From: an uncultured Mediterranea sp.
Lineage (GTDB): Bacteria; Bacteroidota; Bacteroidia; Bacteroidales; Bacteroidaceae
Direction of reading: 5' to 3'
Assembly (NCBI GenBank): GCA_939791845.1
Contig: CALNEX010000001.1
Location: forward strand, 1 to 52,353
DNA: 52,353 nucleotides
The notes beneath the pieces were generated by a model. That model worked only from the letters and a program-made list of their open reading frames with translations, did no database searches and was not told the DNA's origin. The translations under genes were made by a program, and so were the position numbers. Shown one piece after another: positions 19,597 to 27,873 of the stretch. The stretch's first letter is position 1. Each line of letters opens with the position of its first letter.

Positions 19597-22020
19597 ATGA
19601 AGAAAATACTGACCATCCTCTGCGCCCTCGCCACACTGGCCGCCTGCCAGGACGACCTCGCCCCCGACACCGGGACGGGCACCACCGCCGAGGGCCTGAC
19701 AGACATCTACCTGGCGCAGACGGGCATGCCCGTCATCGTCACCCGCGCCGACGACGCCGCCACGCAAGACGACAACCGCGTGGAGAGCGTCATTCTCTTC
19801 GTGTTCAGCGAACAAGGCGAACTGCTCAACACGCCCGTGCAGCAGAGCGTGACGCAAGTGGCCGCGCCCGATGGTGCCACCAATCCAGAGAATACGTTCT
19901 ACCGCTTCCGCGCCTACCTGCCGAAAGACAAGTACTCCCTCTACGCCGTGTGCAACTACGAGGCGGACGGGGTGGAAACACTGATTAACTCCGTCAGCGG
20001 GGAACACGAGAGCGACCAATCAGACCTGGACGCCTTGAAAGCCTTCACCTACAGCATCAGTTCCGTGGACGAGGCCTACAAGGGCGTGTTCGTCATGGAG
20101 GGAAGCACCGAGTTGTCCACTGTTTCGGAAGGCAACCCCCTCATCATCCCCGTGAAGCGCGTCGTGTCGCGCCACACGTTCCATATCACGTTCAATCCGG
20201 AAAAGGCCGGCGACCTGTTCAAACTCAGCAGCGTGTCGATATTCAACGTGCCTAAAAAGAGTTACCTGATAGGACGGGCAGATGATGCTGAGAACAAGGA
20301 TGCCGCCACCACGAATGACGATTACTTGGGCGGAGACCCCGCCCCCCTGGACGGCAGTACTTCCGGCACGCCCATCGAACTGGACGTGCAGAGCGACGTG
20401 GCAGACAGCTACACCGCCACCACCCATCTGTTCGAGAACCGCCGCGGAGCCGTGTCACAAGATGATGTGGACATCGCGCTGGACATCACGAGCTACCCCG
20501 ACGAGGAAAAGCAGCGCATCCGCCAGCTCTTCAAGCGGGATTTGGCGTATGGCACCAATGCCTACAAGGACAAGGAGGGCCCATTCTCCCACGCCACCTG
20601 CCTCCTGATACAAGGCCTCTACGAGGACAACAATGACCCGACGTTTACAGAGGGAAAAGCCTATGAGGTAAGCTACTACGTCTACCTGGGCCACGACAAT
20701 TTCGGTGACTTCAACGTGAAGCGCAACACGGACTACCAATATGAAATCACCATCCGCGCCTGCGACGAGATAGACACCCGCGTGAATGCCGAGGCCGTCG
20801 GACAAATCAAGTTCGACGTCAGCAAGCAGAGCCAGCCCTTCGATGCCCACTACAACGTGCGCGAGGCGTTGCTCTACAGCACCACCGATTGGGAAGTCTA
20901 TGTGGAGAACCCCGATGAGACGCCATGGCTGGAAATCTCCACCTCGCCCGTCTACAAAAAGCGTGAGCTGGGCGCCTCCGCCGCGGACAACGAGTATGCA
21001 CAGTTCCGCCTGACGGGCAGCGAGAGCCTGCGCTACATCTACATCCACACGGACGAATATGTGCCCCACATTACGGATGTCAATAAAAACAGCACACTGC
21101 CACCCCGCACGGGCTACATCTGCTTCAAATACAAAGGACAAGATGAAGACGAGGTACAAGCAGCCAAATTCAAGGTAGTCCAGTACCCCGCCCAGCTTGT
21201 CATGGTGCAGGAGAACAACATCGCCGGCATGGGCGATGGCCGGCAACGCTACTTCTTCGTGGAGCGCATCACCGAGGAGAAGTACAAGGACTGGGGCTTC
21301 CGCGGCTTCTGGAACCTGACGCTGGACAACCTCATCTCCACCGGCTTCTACGACGGACTGTCCAACACCCGCAAGGAATACGTCTCCGCCATCTGGGGCG
21401 ACAAGGACAGCGATTCATTCAAGGCACGCACGCAACCCCAAACCAACGGAGGCCTGCTGGCCACCCCCGACTCCGCCCCGCTGGAGCTGGACGGCGCGCA
21501 GGATGCCGCCTACTGGCAGGCGTATGACGAAGAGACGGGCGACTTCATCCAGCCGGAAGGCGACCCCATCTTCAACCTCTCCACCTCCTTCGCCCTGGGC
21601 TACGCCCTCGCCAAGAACCGCGACCGCAACGGCAACGGGCGCATAGACTACGACGAAATCCTGTGGTACCTGCCCGCCCGCAAGCAGCTGCAGGCCATCG
21701 CGAAGGCCATCAACAACAATCAGTTGTACGGCACGGACACGGATGACAAAGGCGGCATGTTGCCCCTCACCCTCGACGGCAGCTACTGGAGCAGCACCCC
21801 GTCCGTGTCCGACAAGTACGGCATCACCACGGGCCGCGCCTATTATGTCAAGATGGACGCGGAGGGCAGCGAGGCCATCGGCCTGCGCGACCAGTCGTTC
21901 AACGTCATTGTCTGCCGCGATGCTGACGGCTGGCTCGGCCCCGAGACCGGAAGCGGACAGGGCGATGTGAACCTCAACCCCGGCTGGGAGGACGATGATG
22001 AGAACATGCCGGGAAGATAA
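19597..22020 (+). CDS. DUF4906-like tip pilin with C-terminal CLec-like domain
   Basis: LAAC-QDD; VTRA site; FENRRG; YYVYLGHDNFGDFNVKRNTDY; PFDAHY; KNRDRNGNGRID..EI.WYLPA..QL; YWSST. Confidence 0.8.
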   Translation: MKKILTILCALATLAACQDDLAPDTGTGTTAEGLTDIYLAQTGMPVIVTRADDAATQDDNRVESVILFVFSEQGELLNTPVQQSVTQVAAPDGATNPENTFYRFRAYLPKDKYSLYAVCNYEADGVETLINSVSGEHESDQSDLDALKAFTYSISSVDEAYKGVFVMEGSTELSTVSEGNPLIIPVKRVVSRHTFHITFNPEKAGDLFKLSSVSIFNVPKKSYLIGRADDAENKDAATTNDDYLGGDPAPLDGSTSGTPIELDVQSDVADSYTATTHLFENRRGAVSQDDVDIALDITSYPDEEKQRIRQLFKRDLAYGTNAYKDKEGPFSHATCLLIQGLYEDNNDPTFTEGKAYEVSYYVYLGHDNFGDFNVKRNTDYQYEITIRACDEIDTRVNAEAVGQIKFDVSKQSQPFDAHYNVREALLYSTTDWEVYVENPDETPWLEISTSPVYKKRELGASAADNEYAQFRLTGSESLRYIYIHTDEYVPHITDVNKNSTLPPRTGYICFKYKGQDEDEVQAAKFKVVQYPAQLVMVQENNIAGMGDGRQRYFFVERITEEKYKDWGFRGFWNLTLDNLISTGFYDGLSNTRKEYVSAIWGDKDSDSFKARTQPQTNGGLLATPDSAPLELDGAQDAAYWQAYDEETGDFIQPEGDPIFNLSTSFALGYALAKNRDRNGNGRIDYDEILWYLPARKQLQAIAKAINNNQLYGTDTDDKGGMLPLTLDGSYWSSTPSVSDKYGITTGRAYYVKMDAEGSEAIGLRDQSFNVIVCRDADGWLGPETGSGQGDVNLNPGWEDDDENMPGR

Positions 22021-22200
22021 GAATTTAGTTTAGGCGCGGATTACGCGGATTTCACGGATTTATTATTTGTATAATCAATGGAATCCAGCGTTTTACAGTG
22101 AAAAGATTATCCGTGACTATTCCTTAGCATAATCAAACGATGTTTTGAGCGAAGCTAAATCCGCGTAATCCGCGCCAAAAAACGCCGATAAACAATCATT
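22021..22200 (+). repeat. 9-bp-triplet hairpin element copy C with about 41-bp insertion in the right arm
   Basis: Left arm 22033-22059; right arm ATCCGTGA|insert 22117-22157|AATCCGCGTAATCCGCGCC. Confidence 0.88.
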
Positions 22201-22206
22201 TACATC

Positions 22207-23199
22207 ATGAAACAGAAACTGACATACCTCTGCACCCTGGCCGCCCTGCTGACGGCCACCGCCTGCACCCACGACGACGCCCCCGCCCCCGGCGGCACGA
22301 CGGAAGGCACCGCCTCCGCGGCCTTCCACATACAGACCCGCGCCGACGGCACCGGCATCGGGCAAAACCAGCACGCCTACCTCTACCTGGCCGAACGCCT
22401 GCCCCAGCTGCCGGACGACGAAAAGCTGTATTGCGACAAACGCTACAACGTGGGCAACGGCGCCTACCTCATCGAGAACCTCACCGCGCAATGGTACAAG
22501 ATGGCGTTCATCTGCCTGCCAGAAGGGGTGGAGGCACCGGAACCGGCGGAAAGCAACCATGAGTTCAACGACTATGTGATTGACTACAGCCCCGTGCTGA
22601 TAAATCAGGATGCCCAAAATCCCAACAAGAAGGACCTTGCCATCTACCGCCAGGTTATTGACCGCTGGCTCCTGCCCGATGAAACGCTGAGGGAGGACGT
22701 CACCCTGACCCGCATCACGGGACAGCTGGTGCTGGACATGGGGATACTGAAGGACCAGTTCCCGGGCACGGTGAGCAATATCACCGTCAATTTGGGCAAG
22801 ATGCCCCAAAAGGTGTACCTGCACGACAATGTGGATGAGTACCCGGACGATGCGATTATGACCAACTCCTTGTCCTACTCATTCGACATCAGTCAGGAGA
22901 CCTGGGAGAGCAACGACCACTTCCGCGTCTACCTCGACCTGCTGCCGTACGATTTGACAGATGCCACGGTGAAGGTGAAACACGAAGATGAAACAGAAGA
23001 CGGAGCCACCATTGAGTTCCCCCTCGTCTCCGGCACCCATGGCAGCGATGTCAATACCGCCCAGATTGAAATCAAGGCAAACACCCGCACCACCGTCTAC
23101 TTCCGCGGCATGGAGGACACCGAGTTCGAGGTCCGCTACGCCGGCTTCGACAACTTGTCCATCGACGTGGACGGCGACGATTGGAACGGATGGAACTGA
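22207..23199 (+). CDS. Minor type V pilin lipoprotein
   Basis: ATAC-THDD; QTRA site; LTRITGQLV; IKANTRT; C-terminal DWNGWN. Confidence 0.75.
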   Translation: MKQKLTYLCTLAALLTATACTHDDAPAPGGTTEGTASAAFHIQTRADGTGIGQNQHAYLYLAERLPQLPDDEKLYCDKRYNVGNGAYLIENLTAQWYKMAFICLPEGVEAPEPAESNHEFNDYVIDYSPVLINQDAQNPNKKDLAIYRQVIDRWLLPDETLREDVTLTRITGQLVLDMGILKDQFPGTVSNITVNLGKMPQKVYLHDNVDEYPDDAIMTNSLSYSFDISQETWESNDHFRVYLDLLPYDLTDATVKVKHEDETEDGATIEFPLVSGTHGSDVNTAQIEIKANTRTTVYFRGMEDTEFEVRYAGFDNLSIDVDGDDWNGWN

Positions 23200-23214
23200 T
23201 TGTAAAAATAAGAC

Positions 23215-23350
23215 TTTAGTTTAGGCGCGGATTACGCGGATTTCACGGATTTATTATTAATATAGTCAATGGAATCCAGCGATTTAGAATAAAAATATCC
23301 GTGGAATCCGCGTAATCCGCGCCAAAAAACAATCCGATAAATTATCATTT
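23215..23350 (+). repeat. 9-bp-triplet hairpin element copy D
   Basis: Arms 23224-23250 / 23297-23323; spacer identical to the reverse complement of copy E's spacer. Confidence 0.9.
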
Positions 23351-23365
23351 AACATACTTATTGCA

Positions 23366-25000
23366 ATGAAAACCCTATACCCCACCCTCTGCACCGCCGC
23401 CCTGCTGATGCTGGCCGCGTGCACCCAAGACCCCGTGGAGGACCTGGTGTCCTCCGGCAACACCCAGTCCGGTGACCTGCCCGAAGGCACCTTCATCGTG
23501 GACTACCTCCCCTCCGCCGACCTCCCCGCCACGCGCGGCCTCGGCGAAGGCGAAGCGATTCTGTCCCTGGACTACCTGCTGTACACCAGCACGGACGGCA
23601 GCGCCTACACCCTGACAAAACATAAGGAAATCTCCGACATCGACGCCAACACTTCCTGGCCCCTGAAGCGCGAAAACATGACGTGGGCACAACGCCAAGA
23701 ATTGAAGGACACGCTGAGCACCGAAAGCAAGTACAAGGTGGTGTTCGTGGCGAATGCGGACAAGGACAAGGTGTGGGCGGATGATAAAGAGTTCCAGCCC
23801 ATGACCGGCATTGATGCTAAAAACAATTTCGATGACGCCCGCCTGCTCCTCCCGCCCAACGGCGACTTCCAGCAAACTAACGGGACCTATACCTTCTATT
23901 ATATGTGGACGGGGGATATAGACCCGGCCAACGGATATAACAAGAATACACCAGCACAGATGAATGTGGTGCTGCAAAGGGTGGTGAACAAGGTGGAGAT
24001 TAGGCTGGAAGAAGAGGTAGTGAATGAACTGAAAGAAGCTACCAGCGTGGAGGAGTATGTGAAGGGGAAATTGGATGAATACTTCAGGGCTAATTATGTT
24101 ATTGACACTGAGGGAACGATGAGCGGAACTCTATATAATGTAGTGAATGAATATTTGGAAGGGATAGCAACAGAGAAGATTGGAATTACTCAGAAACCTG
24201 ATTCTTGGGATACTAATGAAAAAAAAAGCAAATATACATTTCAAGAACTTCTGAAAGCCTCTGACAGCAAAGAAAAAGTCGTAAACAGCATAAGTGGAAT
24301 ATCAACTTCAACTCCATGCACCACAGAAGGAACAGCTTGTTGCGTAAGGCATCAATTCATCAACGAGTGTAAGGATTACTTCATTACCCGTTGTGATTGG
24401 AGCAATCTTACCTCGGTATCCGTCAATTACGCTCAACAAGCTTTTCCATACGCCATAGACTTCAATATGAATACGAAAGCGGAAACTCCGCAGAATCAAA
24501 GTTGTACAATAACTGCCAAGAAAGAGACAACAGAAAATAGCTTCGACAACCGCTATGTCTTCTATACCTTCAGCAATAAGGGAGGTGCAGAGAACATTAA
24601 CAATATCAGTTCGATAACATTTTATAAGGATGACACCGAAGCATTTACTGTAACATCCAGTATTACACCAGGCAATAGTCCAACAGAGGGAAACAATCAT
24701 TATTTCCTCACTTACCAACCTATCACAGGCAGCGCCGTAAACGAAAGCAAAACATTCACATTTCAACGCGAGCAGTATAATTTGCAAGATGTTATTGGAT
24801 GGAACTGGGACGATGATATTTGGTCATTTGCTCTTACAGATTTAGGATGGTGGCCTACCAAAATGACAACATGGGTAAATAGCCTCTTCAGCGGAAAAGA
24901 TACTGATTCTGCTTTTGAGCCATATACCTTAGAACTTGATATTCCAAAAGTCGAAATCGCCACTCCTTGGAGCACCGAAAATGCCAGTCAAACAGAATAA
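23366..25000 (+). CDS. Minor type V pilin lipoprotein with variable C-terminal region
   Basis: LAAC-TQD; ATRG site; YKVVFVAN; LQRVVNKVEI; AT-rich C-terminal two-thirds. Confidence 0.75.
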   Translation: MKTLYPTLCTAALLMLAACTQDPVEDLVSSGNTQSGDLPEGTFIVDYLPSADLPATRGLGEGEAILSLDYLLYTSTDGSAYTLTKHKEISDIDANTSWPLKRENMTWAQRQELKDTLSTESKYKVVFVANADKDKVWADDKEFQPMTGIDAKNNFDDARLLLPPNGDFQQTNGTYTFYYMWTGDIDPANGYNKNTPAQMNVVLQRVVNKVEIRLEEEVVNELKEATSVEEYVKGKLDEYFRANYVIDTEGTMSGTLYNVVNEYLEGIATEKIGITQKPDSWDTNEKKSKYTFQELLKASDSKEKVVNSISGISTSTPCTTEGTACCVRHQFINECKDYFITRCDWSNLTSVSVNYAQQAFPYAIDFNMNTKAETPQNQSCTITAKKETTENSFDNRYVFYTFSNKGGAENINNISSITFYKDDTEAFTVTSSITPGNSPTEGNNHYFLTYQPITGSAVNESKTFTFQREQYNLQDVIGWNWDDDIWSFALTDLGWWPTKMTTWVNSLFSGKDTDSAFEPYTLELDIPKVEIATPWSTENASQTE

Positions 25001-25024
25001 CCGAATAATAACAAATATACAACA

Positions 25025-26440
25025 ATGAAAACCAACCACCTCATACCCCTGCTTCTCGCCCTTCTGACGTTGGGCGCCTGCGTCTCCCCGCAGGACGAGG
25101 CAACCGATTGCCAGGAATGCAACGAACAGCAGATCGTCATCAAGCTGGCCAGCGACAACGCCCCCGCCACCCGCGCCGGACGACCCCTGACCAGCAACCA
25201 ACCCAACCAGGACGTGGACCGCGTGATGCTCATCGTCTGCAATAAAAACGATAATAAAATCGTCTACACTAAACTCCTGACCGACTGGATGACCACCAGC
25301 GACATCTACATCGACCAAAACGACCGCCGCGGCCGCGAAGACGTGGTGAAGCTGGAGGGGGAAGAACTGCTGCCCGTAGGAAACTACAAGGTCTACGCCA
25401 TTGCCTATACCTATAAAGGAGAAAACAATGGCAAGAATACACAATACACAGTGAAAGGAAAGGCAGATGACGGCACAGATCCAGACATGAATCTGAACGA
25501 CTATTGCGAAGGCTTGAAGAACTTTGAAGATGGCAGCAAATTCACCGACAACTTCACCCTCACCGATGCCCCGGGCGAAGAGCTCTTTGCCGGCTCGCAG
25601 GAGTTCACGGCCAACGCCGCCGGCTTCGCCACCGAAGTGGTGCTGAACCGCCAGGTGGCCGGCGTCTACCTCTACGTGAAGGACATCCCCTATTATGACA
25701 ACCTCGCCCAGTTGCGCCTGATGCCCGCCACGGACAATGACGGGCTGGTGCTGGGACGGTTCGCCAACGAGGACATTGCGGAGAACGGCGAGGGACAGAA
25801 TGAACTGTATGTGATGAACGGAACAACTCCGGCTACGCCGGTAAAGCCCCTCTGCGAAATCAATCTGACAGACTGGTTCACAGACGGGAAAATTACACAA
25901 GAAGGCAACTTGATTTCCACAGAGGGATGGAAACAGCCGGATTCTTACCCCAAAGACAAATATACATTCCAAGAAGGCAGCTTCTTCGGGGGCAGCTTCG
26001 TGATTCCCTTTGCGGCCTCGGCAACAGAGAGCACAAACTCGCTGGAAATACAACTGGTCAGCAATACAACGGAGAATGGTGATAAAATAGAAAAAAGATG
26101 GTCAGTAAAGCTGCCGCAAAAAGACTTAACCGCCCAAAGCGGCAAGATTTGGCATTGGGATGCCAACACTGAGGAATTCCTTGACCCCACAATAATGCCC
26201 GCACCCGTCACTGAAACCGTCACCAACTACTCCCTGCTCCGCAACCACCTCTACTGTATCGGCAACAAATTCACGGACACGGGCGAGGACCTGCCCCAAT
26301 CGCTGTACACGAAGCAGGACATCCTGCTGACGGTCATCGCCGAATGGGACATCATTTATGACATGGTGCTGGAGCCGGGATCCGAACAAGATCAATCCCT
26401 AACACGCGAGAGAGTCAGTCAATCAGGCAAGTCAATTTGA
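25025..26440 (+). CDS. Type V pilin lipoprotein, paralog of the major pilin
   Basis: LGAC; ATRAGRP site; ELFAG; LNRQVAGVYLYVKDIP; LRNHLYCIG; WDIIYDM. Confidence 0.8.
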   Translation: MKTNHLIPLLLALLTLGACVSPQDEATDCQECNEQQIVIKLASDNAPATRAGRPLTSNQPNQDVDRVMLIVCNKNDNKIVYTKLLTDWMTTSDIYIDQNDRRGREDVVKLEGEELLPVGNYKVYAIAYTYKGENNGKNTQYTVKGKADDGTDPDMNLNDYCEGLKNFEDGSKFTDNFTLTDAPGEELFAGSQEFTANAAGFATEVVLNRQVAGVYLYVKDIPYYDNLAQLRLMPATDNDGLVLGRFANEDIAENGEGQNELYVMNGTTPATPVKPLCEINLTDWFTDGKITQEGNLISTEGWKQPDSYPKDKYTFQEGSFFGGSFVIPFAASATESTNSLEIQLVSNTTENGDKIEKRWSVKLPQKDLTAQSGKIWHWDANTEEFLDPTIMPAPVTETVTNYSLLRNHLYCIGNKFTDTGEDLPQSLYTKQDILLTVIAEWDIIYDMVLEPGSEQDQSLTRERVSQSGKSI

Positions 26441-26538
26441 AACGCCGTGAGGCGGAGTAACCTACCGTTTGCCCGGCCATAGCGATAAGCCGGGTACTTG
26501 TCAGCCAAGACCACGCTGCGAAGCGGGGTGGCGCAAGT
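26441..26538 (+). ncRNA. Candidate structured RNA with three GNRA-capped hairpins
   Basis: CGCC-GTGA-GGCG; GCCCGGC..TA-GCGA-TA..GCCGGGT; ACTTG..CCAC-GCT-GCGA-AGC..GTGG..CAAGT. Family not recognised. Confidence 0.5.
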
Positions 26539-26556
26539 TTGTTTGTTTTGTTTATA

Positions 26557-26593
26557 GGAACCACGACTTTCGGGCCGTGGTTCCGCTTTTTTT
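26557..26593 (+). terminator. Rho-independent terminator of the pilus operon / RNA candidate
   Basis: GGAACCACG..TTCG..CGTGGTTCC followed by GC and T7. Confidence 0.85.
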
Positions 26594-26673
26594 GCCATCT
26601 TTTCGCCACAAAGTTGTCATATTTGATTTATTCTTATTACTTTTGTGCTCTATAACACAGTTTTGCAGCAGTT

Positions 26674-27375
26674 ATGGTAAAATCGAGCATCCCCAACATC
26701 CGCATACCGGAGCTGATAGCCGACATGTGGTCACGCCTCAACGAGGAACAGCGCGCCTACCTGTCCGGCCAATTCACCCTCCAAAACTACAAGAAAAACG
26801 AGGTCATCCACTGCGAGGGCGAAACCCCCACGCACCTGATGTGCCTGCTGAGCGGAAAGGTGAAGATCTACAAGGACGGTGTGGGGGGCCGCAGCCAGAT
26901 TATCCGCATGATCAAGCCCGTGGGCTACTTCGGCTATGCCGCCTACTTCGCGGGCAAGGACTATGTGACGGCGGCGGCGGCCTTCGAGGCATCCACGGTC
27001 TGCCTCATCCCCATGGCCGCCATCCGCACCCTGATTGCGCAAAACAATGACCTGGCCCTGTTCTTCCTCAACCTGCTGTCCGTGGACCTGACCGTGGCGG
27101 ACGAGCGCACGGTGAACCTGACGCAGAAGCACATCCGCGGCCGCCTGGCCGAGTCGCTGCTCTTCCTGAAGGAGAGCTATGGCCTGGAGGAGGACGGCTC
27201 CACGCTGAGCATCTACCTCTCGCGCGAGGACCTGGCCAACCTCTCCAACATGACCACCTCCAACGCCATCCGCACGCTGTCACAGTTCGCCACCGAGAAA
27301 CTCATCACCATCGACGGCCGCAAAATCAAAATCATAGAAGAAGAAAGACTGAAGAAAATCAGCAAGATAGGCTGA
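26674..27375 (+). CDS. cur: Crp/Fnr-family regulator, probable Cur (BT4338) ortholog
   Basis: cNMP-like domain plus LSREDLANLSNMTTSNAIRTLS HTH; recalled similarity and synteny with trxB-lolA-ftsK. TACTTTTG promoter element at 26638-26645. Confidence 0.82.
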   Translation: MVKSSIPNIRIPELIADMWSRLNEEQRAYLSGQFTLQNYKKNEVIHCEGETPTHLMCLLSGKVKIYKDGVGGRSQIIRMIKPVGYFGYAAYFAGKDYVTAAAAFEASTVCLIPMAAIRTLIAQNNDLALFFLNLLSVDLTVADERTVNLTQKHIRGRLAESLLFLKESYGLEEDGSTLSIYLSREDLANLSNMTTSNAIRTLSQFATEKLITIDGRKIKIIEEERLKKISKIG

Positions 27376-27528
27376 ACATTCCCCGCCTCCGGACAGGCGT
27401 GCCGCCGCCCGCGGACGGGGGTACGGGCGGACACGGGCGGGGGCATGGGCGGACACGGACGGAGATACATAGAAATAAATGCCAAGAAAGTTGCTCAAGT
27501 AATAAACTTTCTCTATCTTTGCCACACC

Positions 27529-27873
27529 ATGAGACGAAAAATCATAGCATACGAACATTATTATAAAGACTTCTTCGACACACTGGATACAGGAACCCAG
27601 GAAAAAGTCTTATACGGCTTGCTCTTACTGAAAACACAGGAGAGACTGCCAGCCAAATATGTCAAGTTCCTGAAAGATGGCTTGTATGAATTGAGAATAG
27701 AATGGCAAGGGAACATCTATCGCATCTTCTTTTGTTACGATGAAGGACAAATTGTCATCCTGTTCAACGGTTTTCAGAAGAAAACCCAGAAAACACCCAA
27801 CAAGGAAATCAACAAGGCTTTGAAACTAAAGGAAGAATATTATGAACGGAAAAGAAGAAATAAAGATGTTTGA
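27529..27873 (+). CDS. RelE/HigB-like toxin (second paralog)
   Basis: MRRKIIAY...GLYELRIEWQGNIYRIFF...LFNGFQKKTQKTP.KEI.KA; TATCTTTG at 27514-27521. Confidence 0.85.
   Translation: MRRKIIAYEHYYKDFFDTLDTGTQEKVLYGLLLLKTQERLPAKYVKFLKDGLYELRIEWQGNIYRIFFCYDEGQIVILFNGFQKKTQKTPNKEINKALKLKEEYYERKRRNKDV

Noticed and set aside
16932-22020. Complete DGR
   Set aside because: No reverse transcriptase, Avd or TR/VR pair visible in the window.
24219-24227. A9 homopolymer in a pilin gene as a phase-variation switch
   Set aside because: In frame and within a very AT-rich, Lys-coding segment; expected by chance without read-level evidence.
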